From NCBI GenBank assembly GCA_963575745.1, contig CAUYUJ010000070.1:620001-670938 (forward strand): a DNA stretch of 50,938 nt, in the 5' to 3' direction. The DNA is from Prorocentrum cordatum. Taxonomy: Eukaryota. This document shows positions 1-10,849 of the stretch, piece after piece; positions within the stretch are counted from its first letter, which is position 1, and the number at the start of each line of letters is the position of its first letter. The translations under genes and the position numbers were made by a program. The notes below the pieces were generated by a model. That model was given only the letters and a program-made list of their open reading frames with translations, was not told the origin of the DNA and ran no database searches.

Positions 1-240
1 GAGGCCCGTCAAAACCTCCCCGAACTCACGCGACTGGTGGCTCCTGAGGTTCGATCCCCGCCTGCACCTTCTCGAGAGACGCGTCGGCGGAGAAGCAGCG
101 TGGTCACAAAACTCGAGCGGAAACAGCGGCACCTGTCGTGCTTCCCGCGCATCACTCTCGCCTGTCAGCGTGCATGCCGCGCGGCGACTGCGGCGCGCAC
201 TATCATCGGTCTTGCGGGCAAGGATGGAGGCCTCACTGAT
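1..240 (-). CDS. N-terminal part of a probable pol-like ORF of the 1-2020 element (runs off the window)
   Basis: A stop-free minus frame overlapping the end of ORF 233-1642 reads ...EARQVPLFPLEFCDHAASPPTRLSRRCRRGSNLRSHQSREFGEVLTGL. The LFPL...SRR.RR...L pattern resembles, from recall, the start of pol-like ORFs that follow this gag-like family. No catalytic motif lies inside the window. Confidence 0.4.
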   Translation of the reverse strand, partial: MSEASILARKTDDSARRSRRAACTLTGESDAREARQVPLFPLEFCDHAASPPTRLSRRCRRGSNLRSHQSREFGEVLTGL

Positions 241-1642
241 CTTTGCTCTCCTCCTTCTCCTTGCCCTTCCCTGTGGACTTCCCGCGCTTGAGGGCGACCT
301 TGGCCTCGTCCCTCAGAGCCTTGGCCTTGCTGGTCTGTTTGTCGATCTCTGCCTCCTCTCGCACCTCCTTGGCCACGTAGGTGCGAAGCGCCGGCGCCAC
401 AAGCTGTGCTCGGCGGTTGTAGCCCGAGAACTTATCAGCAATCTCGTAGTTCGGGTTCATAGGGTTCTTACCATGAGCCTCAAGTATAGCCTGCCATCTC
501 CGCCCCAACCTCTCGAAGGCCGCGAGCGAAGCCACGTCAAGCTGATCGTAAGAGATAGCCAGTTCAAAAACCTCCGCCATCACCCGCATCTCGTGAATAG
601 AGCGATCGTTCTCGCTCCATCCCGCCGTCTGGAGATGGCGCTCTAGCCAGAACGTAAGCACCATCGCCAGCTGGGCAAACGACATCATCAGCCACAAGAA
701 AGTGCGAGGACCATCCAAAGGCCAGTCCGAGAAGGCGCCCTCGACCATCTCCTTGACCGAGTCCACCCAGACGCGCTCCCTGCGGTTGAAGGCATTGAAC
801 TTCACCGACAGCGTGCGAACATCCTCGTCCGCCTTCTCGTCAGGCTCCTCACCCGCACCAGGAAGCTGCGGGCCAGCAGGAGCCCCCCGCAGGGCCTGGA
901 GCCCTGTGGGCGAGCCAGGGCCTCCATCACGCTCCTCGGGCGTGTGAGTGCCACCCAGGCCCACCAGCAGCAGGGACTTGCGGCCCGCGAAGTAGCCATC
1001 GAGGTCGTCCACCTTGATTCGCTCGAGCGCCGCGACGACTGAGCCAAACTTGGCGAAGCCGCGGTTCCCGAGCTTGCACGCCACGGACTCCTTAGCGACC
1101 TGAATACTGATCCTCGCCACCTCCTGGTCCCCGTCGAAGACAGGCTCCGACACGACCCAGACCTCGTCATTCTCGGGAGCGTCGGCAAGGTCAGCCTGCC
1201 CATCAGCAGGCTGCGGCAGAGGAGGAGCAGGACCTCGCGGACCGAGGAGGGGCCGACGGAAGTTCCTGATCGCAAACGTGTCATCCCGCACTCTAGCGCG
1301 CGGGATCCCGTCGAGCCCCTCGTCGGCGATGACCTGCGACGCCTCGGCCCTAAGCTCCGAGAACTTGCCCCAGGGCACCGTCTGATCGAAACGGTAGATG
1401 GGCCTCGGTAGCCCCCTCGGCACCGTGCGACCTTTCAGCACCTCAACTCTGATGGGCCCGCGATCTCCCGTGGTCCTCCATTCCTCCGCGTAGACATCGA
1501 AGTCAGGCGAAGCCCCAACCCAGATACGTCTATCATCCAGTGACTTAACTTCCCTCAGCAAAATCCGCTCATGACCGTATTCGTCCCCTTCGTACCAGTA
1601 GATGGCATAGCCACCTGGCAGAGCCTCCACGGCTCCCGCCAT
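233..1642 (-). CDS. Intact intronless 469-aa ORF, probable gag-like protein of a dinoflagellate retroelement (DIRS-like/YR type inferred)
   Basis: Long non-repetitive ORF with motifs DVRTLSV..R.R.W...V, DWPLDGPRT..W, EMRV..EVFELAISYDQLDVASLAAFE..RRWQ and a basic C-terminus. It is intronless, unlike the host genes here. ATG at 1642-1640. Confidence 0.7.
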   Translation of the reverse strand: MAGAVEALPGGYAIYWYEGDEYGHERILLREVKSLDDRRIWVGASPDFDVYAEEWRTTGDRGPIRVEVLKGRTVPRGLPRPIYRFDQTVPWGKFSELRAEASQVIADEGLDGIPRARVRDDTFAIRNFRRPLLGPRGPAPPLPQPADGQADLADAPENDEVWVVSEPVFDGDQEVARISIQVAKESVACKLGNRGFAKFGSVVAALERIKVDDLDGYFAGRKSLLLVGLGGTHTPEERDGGPGSPTGLQALRGAPAGPQLPGAGEEPDEKADEDVRTLSVKFNAFNRRERVWVDSVKEMVEGAFSDWPLDGPRTFLWLMMSFAQLAMVLTFWLERHLQTAGWSENDRSIHEMRVMAEVFELAISYDQLDVASLAAFERLGRRWQAILEAHGKNPMNPNYEIADKFSGYNRRAQLVAPALRTYVAKEVREEAEIDKQTSKAKALRDEAKVALKRGKSTGKGKEKEESKDQ

Positions 1643-2017
1643 CACTGTTCAATGCGACCGAACCCTCCTCGACGAGGGGCAGCAACACGACGAGGACAAC
1701 AAAGCCGAGTGAGCAGACCTCCGACTGCTGCTCCGAGTAGCACTCCCAGGAGGCCGACGTTGGCAAGGGAGACGCCGGGGTCCGTGGGTGCGATGTAGCA
1801 CGTCCTGTTGAAGAAGTCGGGCGGCACCTCGCACACGGGATGACGTTCCAGCGGCAGCGGACACACACACACAGTCGGGTGCCTTCGGACACTCCGAAGG
1901 CCGAGGGCAGTCACAGAAGCAGTCTGGGCACTGGTGTCGTGCGGAAAGTGAAGCTAATGAAGCGAGCTCCCTCGCAAGTCCGACTGCGAAGACACCGATG
2001 CCAACCTCTGGCCTCAT
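1642..2017 (-). pseudogene. Small (~124 aa) Cys-rich membrane protein ORF, frameshifted in a (TG)n run
   Basis: ORF 2017 (hydrophobic N-terminus, CPDCFCDCPRPSECPKAPDCVC) joins ORF 1914 (CPLPLERHPVC...VSLANVGLLGVLLGAAVGGLLTRLCC..RRGGFGRIEQ*) if the TG repeat at ~1861-1873 gains 2 or loses 4 nt. Confidence 0.55.
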
Positions 2018-2069
2018 GCGTATGAGCCGAAAAACTAATTACGAGCGCGCATAGATCATTCACGTACAA

Positions 2070-2191
2070 CTCACATCACCATCAGCATCATGATCATCAG
2101 CATCATCAGTATTATCATCAGCATAATCAACATCATCATCAGCATCATCATCCCCATCCTCATCCTCATCATGATCATGATCATGATCGTG

Positions 2192-2236
<45 letters not shown>

Positions 2237-2545
2237 AGCAGCATCAGTATCATCAGTAGCAGCATCATCATCAGCATCAGCATCAGCAGCATCATCATCG
2301 TCCTCCATCAGCATACACCTCCTCCTCCTCAGTCTTCTTCCCCTTCTCATCGTCATCAGTATCACCGTCATCAGCAGCAGAATAAGCCATCCTTAGCATC
2401 ATCATCATCGTCCTCATGATCCCGCCCCCGCCGTCATGCCTCATGTTCATTGCCTTCACCATCCCCTTCCCCCTCCTCATCCTCCTCCTCCTCCACTCCT
2501 GCTCCGCCTGGCTCCTCATCATCATCCGCCTTATAGTTATCATCA
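2070..2545. repeat. (CAT/CAG)n trinucleotide low-complexity tract
   Basis: Direct inspection. Confidence 0.95.
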
Positions 2546-2839
2546 CCCATTCCGCCTGGTCCTCCACAGCCCCCCTGCCGAAAGCGAATCACGAGAGGCA
2601 TATCCGCGCGATCCGGCGGTCGCCGCGCAGGCTCCGCCGCGCAGGCTCAGGGATGAAAAAGGGGAGAGAGGAGGGAGTGCGAAATTCGAGTGCGTGGGAT
2701 TGAAAGAGGAACGCCCCAACCCCCTCTGGTGGTGTAAATCCGCCACCATGCCGCAGGCACGGAGTGGGCGTGTCCTCAGGTCCTTTGTCTCATCCTCTAA
2801 GCCTAGTCCGCACTCCTGAGGAGTGCCCGGACCCCAAAT

Positions 2840-3495
2840 TCCCTATTTCTCCGGGGCTTGGCGCAAGCCCCCTGAGGTTCCCGGCGGCTTGTCGCGTGAC
2901 GTTTTCTAGCCCACGAGGGCCCCAAGAAAGGCCAAGAGGGCTCCATGAGGCCCCAAGACCTCCAAGACGCTCCAAGAGTGTTCCAAGAGGCCTCCCAAGA
3001 GGGTCCTTATAGGAAAAACTACTTGCTTTTCCATTGGTTTTTGAAGGTGTTTAGTGTTCTCGTCTTTTCGGCTTTCCGGCGCTCCAAGACGTCCCAAGAG
3101 GCCCCCGAGATCGCCCAAGACCGCAATGGAGGCGCCCAAGAGGATCACAAGACGGCCCAAGAGACCCCAAGACGGTCCAAGAGGCGCCCAAGACTGCTCA
3201 AGAGTGCCCCCAGACGGCCCCGAGAGGGGCCCACACGAGCTGAAAATCCGAGCCTTCTGCCCCAAGAGGCGCCCAGGAGGCCGCAAGCGGCGCCCAAGAC
3301 GCCCAAAGAGGACCCCAAGAGGCCCCCACGAGGCCCCCTCGAGGTCGATTGGCCGCAAAACAGTCCCCCAGAGGCATCAAAACTGCCTCTGGGACGCCCC
3401 GAGAGGTTTCGACGAAATCCCAACGATCATCCAAGAGGCCTCAGACCCACAACCCAGGCACGGTGGTGGGATGGGCCGAAGGCCATATTAGATAT
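2840..3495 (+). repeat. Copy of an abundant dispersed 'ccaagag/cttgggg'-rich repeat family
   Basis: Degenerate short CCCAAGA units, a gggcttggcgcaagccc hairpin near the left end and a ggccgaaggcc hairpin at the right end just before (TA)n. Confidence 0.8.
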
Positions 3496-3497
3496 TC

Positions 3498-3499
<2 letters not shown>

Positions 3500-3537
<38 letters not shown>

Positions 3538-4357
3538 GTATACATATATCCATACACAGACAGACACACATACAACCATACAGCCATACATCCATCCATA
3601 CATGCATACAGACAGACAGACAGGCAGACAGACAGACCTACAGGCAGCCGGACATACATACATAAGTACAGACAAACAGACGGACAGACAGACAGACAGG
3701 CAGGCTGGCAGACAGACAGACAAGCATACATACATACGTACATGCATACAGACATACGCACATACGAACATACATACATACATGCATGAATACATACATA
3801 CGCCAATGCGTGCATGCATGAATGCATCCATACATCCATCCATACATCCTTCCACCCATACATCCATCCATCCGTTCATCCAGCCAACCACACAGACAGG
3901 CAGGCAGGCATATATAAATACACACTACAGCAATACATACATACCTACATACATGCATGATTACGTAAACACCTGCATGCATACACATATACACATACAT
4001 ATATACATACAAACGTAGACACACATGCGTACACGCATCCATACATACACGCCGACATGCAAACATGCATACATGCAGACAGGCAGGCAGACATGCATGT
4101 ATGCACTTCTACAAACAGACATACGTACATATAGTCATCAGAATATACATACATAAATGCTTGAATGCAGACAAACATCCATACATACATACATACATGC
4201 GTGGGTGCGTGAGCACACATATACATATATATACATACATACATACATACATAAACATAAACATACATACATAAACATACATACATAAACATACATGCGT
4301 ACATATATACATACATACATACATACATACATACATACATACTTACATACATACATG
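3500..4357. repeat. (TA)n/(TACA)n/(CAGA)n compound microsatellite
   Basis: Direct inspection. Confidence 0.95.
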
Positions 4358-4464
4358 AACCATCGCGCGCGCTTCGCGCGCGCTCAAGTTCTAGCCCAGG
4401 CCGGGGGCGCGCTAGAAGATCTTGGACAGCGCTATCAAGCACAGGCGCGTGACGTAGTCGTGCC

Positions 4465-6090
4465 TCCTGAGGGCCTCTTGGGAACCTCTTGGGTCTTCGT
4501 AGGGGCATCTGAAGGGCTTCTGGGGGGTTCTGCGTGCTTCCTCAGTTGGCTGTTGGAGGCACCTCTTGGGTGCTTCTCTGGGGGGGGGCATCTTGGGGCT
4601 TTTTGGGGTCCCTTCGGGGCATCGTCAGGGTTCTCCGGGCAGTCGGGAAGTGATGTTGTGCAGTCTCTGAAGCAATCAATTGGCCGACTTGGCTGCGTGG
4701 AGGCCCGGCTTGAGGCCACATTGGGGCAATCCGGAAGCCTCCCGGGGCCTCCTTGAAGCAATTTTGATGCATCGAGAGCACTGTTCTGCTATATTGGGGC
4801 GTTTGGGGGCCTGGTGGGGGGCTTTGGGGGGCCTCGTCGGACCACTTGGGGACTGTTGGGGCCTCCTGTGGGCCTCTTAGGGCGGAAAGCTCTGCTGTTG
4901 GGTTCGCGTTCCCCTTCTTGGGGATCTCTTGGGGCCCTCTTGGGGCCCTGTCGGGCCGTCTTGGGCGCCTCGGGCACCGTCTTGGGGCCCTAGTGGGCCG
5001 TCTTGGGGCCCTCTTGGAGTCCTTCTTGGCTATCTTGGAGCGGCCGTGGGGGCCACTTGGGCCGTCTTGGAGCGTCGGGATGCCAAAAGGCTGAGAACTC
5101 TAAAACCCATCAAAGGCCGACGGGAAAACATGCTTCTTGGAACCTCTTCGGGCTTCTTGGGAGCTTCTTGAGGGCCTCTTGGGTCCCACTTGGGGGCCTG
5201 AGGGGCTTCCTGAGACCCTCTCGGGGTGAAGGCTCGGATTTTCGGTACGTCTTACCCCTCTTGGGCCCATTGGGGCCGTATTGGTGCCCTCTCGGGCTGT
5301 CTTGGGCCCTGTTGGAGGCCTCTTGGGCTATCTTGGATTGGTCTTGGAGGCCTTTTGGGCCGTCTTGGAGCGTCAGGACGCCCAAAGGCTGAAAACTCGA
5401 ACATCAATCAAAAACCTATGGCAAGACATAGATTTCTGCCTCTTGGGGCCTGCGTGGGAGGCCTCTTGGATACTCTTCGGCCCCCTGTGGGGCTTCTCGG
5501 GGCCTCTTGGAGCCTGTTAGGGGCTTTTCGGGGCCTCCTGAGAGCCTCTCGGGGTGGAAGACTCGGATTTTCGGTTCGTGTCAACCCTCTTGGCTCCATC
5601 TTGGGGCCGTCTTGGGGCCCTCTCGGGCCGCTTTGCGCGCCTCTGGCGCCGTCTTGGGACCCCCGTGGGCTGCCTGGTGACCGTCTTCGAGGCCTCCAGG
5701 GATGCCTTGGAGCGGAAATTAAAGCCTCTTGGGCCGTCGCGGAGCGTCAGGATATTCTTGTTGGGGCGACACATTGAGTATCTGAAATCCATCAAAAACC
5801 GAGGGACAATCAATGATTTTGGCGTCTCTTTGGGCCGTGTTGGAAGCCTTGTGGGCTGTCCCGAGGCCATCTTGGGCGTGTTCGAAAAATATGTCCTCGT
5901 TTCGGGGCCTCTTGGGGGCCTCTTGCGGCCCTTTCCGTCTGTGTTGGGGTTTTCTTGGGCCGTCTGGGGCGGCCCTGGGCTGTCTCGGCGCCCTCTTGGA
6001 AGCCTGTTTGGAAGATTTCTGGGTGTTCTGGACCGTCACATGATTTGTTGGGGTGTCGTTGGGCGCCTCCAGAGGCTTCGGGGCCTGACC
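4465..6090 (-). repeat. Several 'cttggggcc' family copies in inverse orientation
   Basis: Recurrent blocks gggccgtcttggagcgtc..ga..ccaaaggctga and ggctcggattttcggt. Confidence 0.8.
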
Positions 6091-6254
6091 CGTTTCCGAG
6101 CGTGGCGGCAGGTAGCGCTGCTTGGGACTTTCGTTTTTTACTTAACAGCGAAATCTGATTGGGTTTCTAGTAGGGTCAAAAGAGAAAGCAACATGACGCC
6201 CCAGGCGGGTCTGGGCGCGATCCGGAGAAATGCCGGGGATTGTTTTAAGCCAGC

Positions 6255-6770
6255 AGTTACACACTTCGTGCTCTTCGAGTTCCCAGAACTCAATTCCCGG
6301 GCCACATTTTGAATGCCCGGAACCAACTGTAAGCCACTTCGTGCACTTCGAGTTCCCAGAACTCCATTCCGGGGCCACATTTTGAATGCCCGGAACCAAC
6401 TGTGGGCCACTTCGTGCTCTTCGAGTTCCCAGAACTCCATTCCGGGGCCACATTTTGAATGCCCGGAACCAACTGTGGGCCACTTCGTGCTCTTCGAGTT
6501 CCCAAAACTCCACTCCCGGGCCACATTTTGAATGCCCGGAACCAACTGTAAGCCATTTCGTGCACTTCGAGTTCCCAGAACTCCATTCCGGGGCCACTTT
6601 TTGAATGCCCGGAGCCAACTGTGAGCCACTTCGTGTTCTTCGAGTTCCCAGAACTTCATTCCCGGGCCACATTTTGAATGCCCGGAGCCAACTGTAGGCC
6701 ACTTCGTGTTCTTCGAGTTCCCAGAATTGCACTCCCGGGCCGCATTTTCAATGCCCGGAGCCAACTGTAG
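6255..6770 (+). repeat. 73-bp tandem minisatellite, about 7 copies
   Basis: Unit gccacttcgtgctcttcgagttcccagaactccattccggggccacattttgaatgcccggaaccaactgtgg; successive ORF starts are 73 nt apart (6313, 6386). There are no unique spacers. Confidence 0.95.
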
Positions 6771-6902
6771 GAGGAGCAGGGGCAAGAGCACGAGGAGGAG
6801 GACGAGCAAGACGAGGAGGACGAGGACGAGCACGAGGAGGAGGAGGAGGAGGAAACTCGCATCGGGGGAAGGCTAAGAATGCTATGGCCTGCATTCGAAA
6901 CC

Positions 6903-9900
6903 TTATTGGCGCGGTCCTGCCTGTCCAGGAAGGGCGACAGGAGGCGCGCCCCAGAGCACGGACAGGTCAGCGCGCCTCCGCACTACCTGTTGAAATCGGG
7001 CCTGTGCAATGGCAATGACAGATCGAGCAGCAACAGGCCGAGAACGAATGGTGTGGTAAGTGATGAAACACGCGTCAATGTACATCACAATCGAAATCAA
7101 TGCTGGGTCAGGAAGTGGGAAAAGCTTATAGACCTGACACCTAGACAAACCATCGGCGAGACAAAACTGGGCGGGGAGATGGGGCAGGAAGATAGTAATA
7201 CAGTCAAACCTAGGGCACTCGAGAACGCGTTTAAGATGGTCGGCCTCAGAGAGGCCACACATCGGGCAGGCAAGAGTGGCCGACCGAAAGCGCCCAGAAG
7301 TGCACCAAGCATTGCACACCGTCTTGAAAAAAGACGACAGGACCGAGGGCGGAACTTTCTGAGCGGCCCTCAGGAAGGCCAGGATAAAACATTTGATATT
7401 CCAGGCAGACATGTGCGGGTCGTATGTTCTAGCACGGGCTATTACACAGGCGGTCACATCTTGGCGAAGGGGTTGACGGAGAGCCAGCTCTGCCTCTTTC
7501 TGGAGGGGGAACGCATATTGGGGCATGCCAGGGATAGCAGTCATCACGCCATAGTTGTTAATCATAGCCTTTAAGATACTTGTTTTCCACCAGGGGTGTT
7601 CAGTCCATGCACGGCAGCAGTCTTCGTCTTCTTCGAAGGCGCTCAGGTCGTTCCGAATCTCAAAAAAAGGCGGGCGAGTAGAACGCAGCACGGTACATGG
7701 CCGCGCGGCTGACGAGCGCAAGCGACCGTGCCTCAACAGGAAACCCGAGCTGTTTGAGGCCCATCATCATCTTGGCAGTAATAGCACCGTTGGAGCCCAT
7801 CGCGAGCTTCTGGAGCCCCGACCTCTCAAGCTTCAGTTACATCTGGGCAATTGGCACAAGCTGGCACAGAAAAGTGAGCACCGAGAAAGCGATCATGTTG
7901 TACTGAGCGACAGTTTTGATGAGCCCTAACCCGAGGCCGCGAATGAGGCGGATGCGGCGGACGAACTTCTGAAGGGCGGGTTCCCAGGACGCATCGATAC
8001 TATCAGGACCAAGACCCGGTACGTTCATCCCGAGGACCCCCAGCGCGGCCAGGAAATCAGCCTGACTCATTCCGAGAAGGACCACGACAGTTTTGCCCAG
8101 GTTGACGCACGATCCAAATCCAGGGCCAGCCAGGGCCCACACGCTCATGTTCAGGAAAAAAGCTTTGACAATGTCTCCAGAGCCGAGGCCGACATCGTCT
8201 GCAAAGGCTCCCAGGGAATGGGCGGGACGCGGCAGCAGGAGGCAGATCTTGCGCAGCACTGGGTCCACGGCCAGCGCAAAGAGAGAACCGCTGGCAGGAC
8301 ATCCTTGCTTGATGCCGCGGGCGAGCCAATAACCGATGTCCCGATGCATACCACGATACGATATAGATATCCAAACCCCTCGATAGAGACACTTCAAGGC
8401 TTTGATGAAGAAGGTGGGCACTCCCATGGCATCAAGCGTTGCGAACATAGCTTCGCGCAGCAGACTGGGAAACGCGGCACGTACATCGTAGAAGATGAGG
8501 CCGGCCTGTAAACAATGTCGTTGCACATACCAGTGGAGCGCGCAATACTCGAGCTCAAGAATATTCTCGTTCATATTCCCCCCACCCACGAACCCCCTCT
8601 GCTGCTTGATGCACGTAAATTGACATATGGCACTCAAGGGCTTGTTGAGAGCTAGTGAGATCAGCTTATTCGAAGTGCACGACAATGTGAGCGGCCTAGT
8701 AGCAGAGGGCTTGCGCATACAGAGCTGCCCGTCCCCTTCCTCTACTCCTTTGGCTAAAAATATGTTTCATCCATGGTTAAAGTCCCTGTGGCATTCACCC
8801 TGATCCAGAATATGATGATACAACCGATATAAAGCAGACGTCCCCAGAGTCCCAGAGATGCTCCAACCGCTATACGGGATCCCGTCGGGGCCAGGGGCGC
8901 TGTCGTGAGCCTTACCCATCATCTTGACAAAAACTCCTCCTCCTCCAGCCTCCACTGAATATTGCCAGGAATCTGGGGGACATCAGAGAGCAGCTCGTAC
9001 ATGGCCGCGGGTTCAGCATCCACGGCTCTGTGCACTTGTCCCCAGTGTCGGGCGAGTTCTCTCGCTCCTTCACGCGGGTCAAAAATTGGCGCCCCGAGCG
9101 GGTCCGCAATCGCCTGCAACGAAACACTGGCGCCTCGAGCTGTCCAGGCAGATCGGTAAGTGTATAACGTGTTGGTATGTTGTTGTTTCCGTGTTTGGGA
9201 CATGTCTGGGTCATTCTGGACAAGCTCGATCTGGCCATCGATCTGCTGCCGCTTGAGCGAGGCCAGCAGGTGATGGAAGCCGACAAACTCCGAGAACCGA
9301 CAGGACTCGACATCAAAGAACTGCTGGAGCCTGGGGTACGCCTGCACGGCACGCCTCAAGACAGACTGAGACCCAGATCTTTCGGCCCGCATAGCAGCCA
9401 ACGCCCAAGACACGTATTCTGGGAGCGAATGAGCCCCGCGCTGTTCCAAAATGCCCAAGACCTTCCTTGACGCCGCCTGGATGCCCTCCCGCACTTCCTC
9501 CACCGCCTCCAAGGGATTCTCCGAAAGCGGGCCAGCCCCTTCCAAAATCTCGCCCAGGACCTTCGGAAACATAGGATGCTTGGTGACCCAGGACTTGACC
9601 GTGAGGATCCCGTCGGGGCATTTGGGGGCCAATACCACATACACAGGAACATGATCAGATAGTGTGCTGGGGTCTGCAGGGCACCCAAGGACGCCCGAGG
9701 ATGGCGCGAAATCGAGCAGCACGCCAGGTGGGATACTAGTGTAAATGCGATCCAGACGAGCGAGCGACTTGATGGCCGTGCGGCCCTCGACAGACTCCTC
9801 CACCCTGTGGGTAAACTGCGGCTGCTCAACCTCTGTCAAGAACGGAAACACCTCGAATAGTCGAGAGAATAGCCCGAAGAGCAGGTTTGACATTAATGAT

Positions 9901-10140
9901 ACATCCTCCAGAGTGGGGGTTGTCCATGAACGAGGCAAAACTTTTGAGTTGAAAAACTTCCCGCTCTAACGCTCTAAAGCATTCGTCCGACCCCCGAGCC
10001 TCCTGGATACACACTATATCGTGTTGTTGAATCAACTTGATAACAAACCTGATCTTTGCTTTATGGGCGTGCTGGGGGGCGACGATGGCACCAAAGAGCG
10101 AGCGGGTCTTCCACGACACAATTGAGAATCGCTGAGCAGG
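6903..10140 (-). mobile_element. Decayed non-LTR retrotransposon (LINE) with APE endonuclease, reverse transcriptase and C-terminal Cys motif; several frameshifts
   Basis: APE motifs: IVSWKTRSL, DIVCIQEA, ARLDRIY, SDHVPV. RT motifs: SAPGPDGIPY, RPLTLSCTSNKLIS, QRGF, FYDVRAAFPSL, GIKQGCPASGSLF, AFADDVG. C-terminal motif CPMCG..DHLKRVLECP. These are split over ORFs 9826-10428, 8919-9938, 8767-8955, 7837-8718 and 6903-7736. Confidence 0.93.
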
Positions 10141-10849
10141 CAGGAAAGGACGGCAATCAGCAGGCAACGGCGGCCAGCTGCTGCCATGGTGCGAAGAACC
10201 CGACGAAGAGGAGCTGGACGAAGAAGAAGAGGTAGAACTCGCCGATGATGTGCTAAAAGTGCTCGAGGAAGTGGAGCTCGTTGAAGAGGCTGTTGCTCTC
10301 CTGCGTTGTCGTCGCCGCCGTCGAATTCGAACTGGTAGCGCATCAACATCTTGATGTGACCCGACAATGTCCTGGTCGTCCGCTGCCGCCAGAGTGCCCG
10401 TGCTCGACGAGGCGGTGCTGGCACCCACACAGCGCTGGACACCCAGGAGGAGGAGCAGGAGAAGGAGGACGAGCAGGAGGAGGAGGACGAGGACTCCTAC
10501 ATGCGAGGACGAGCAGGAGGACGAGCGACTGCGAGGACACCAGAATTCTACACCAGGACTCCTACATGAATCTCAAGGGCAATGCTTCCAGATATGCTTC
10601 TACACATCGCTGTTAGGTTGCTTTGCTTGGATAATTATGCTGGCAGGCGTTTAAAAACATGGTATGGGGAGAGGGCGGCAACCCGAGAATCATGTTCCCG
10701 GGAAGCTTTCCGGAAGCATGATTTGTCCGGCTCTCTTAAGAGGGTGGGCTCTGGGGGCTTACCGAGGAGCTCTTTTTGGCCTTGTCGGCAAGCCTATTGG
10801 AAACATGGTTGGGGCGATGGGCGGAAGCCCAAGGAATCATGTTCCAGGA

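Noticed and set aside
2020..2036. Minus-strand ttttcggctcata just before the small ORF's ATG resembles a relict spliced leader
   Set aside because: Too degenerate to distinguish from chance without paralogues
6255..6770. CRISPR-like appearance of regular arrays (also 13580-14170, 22490-23070, 45050-46048)
   Set aside because: Whole units repeat with no unique spacers, there are no cas genes, and the context is eukaryotic
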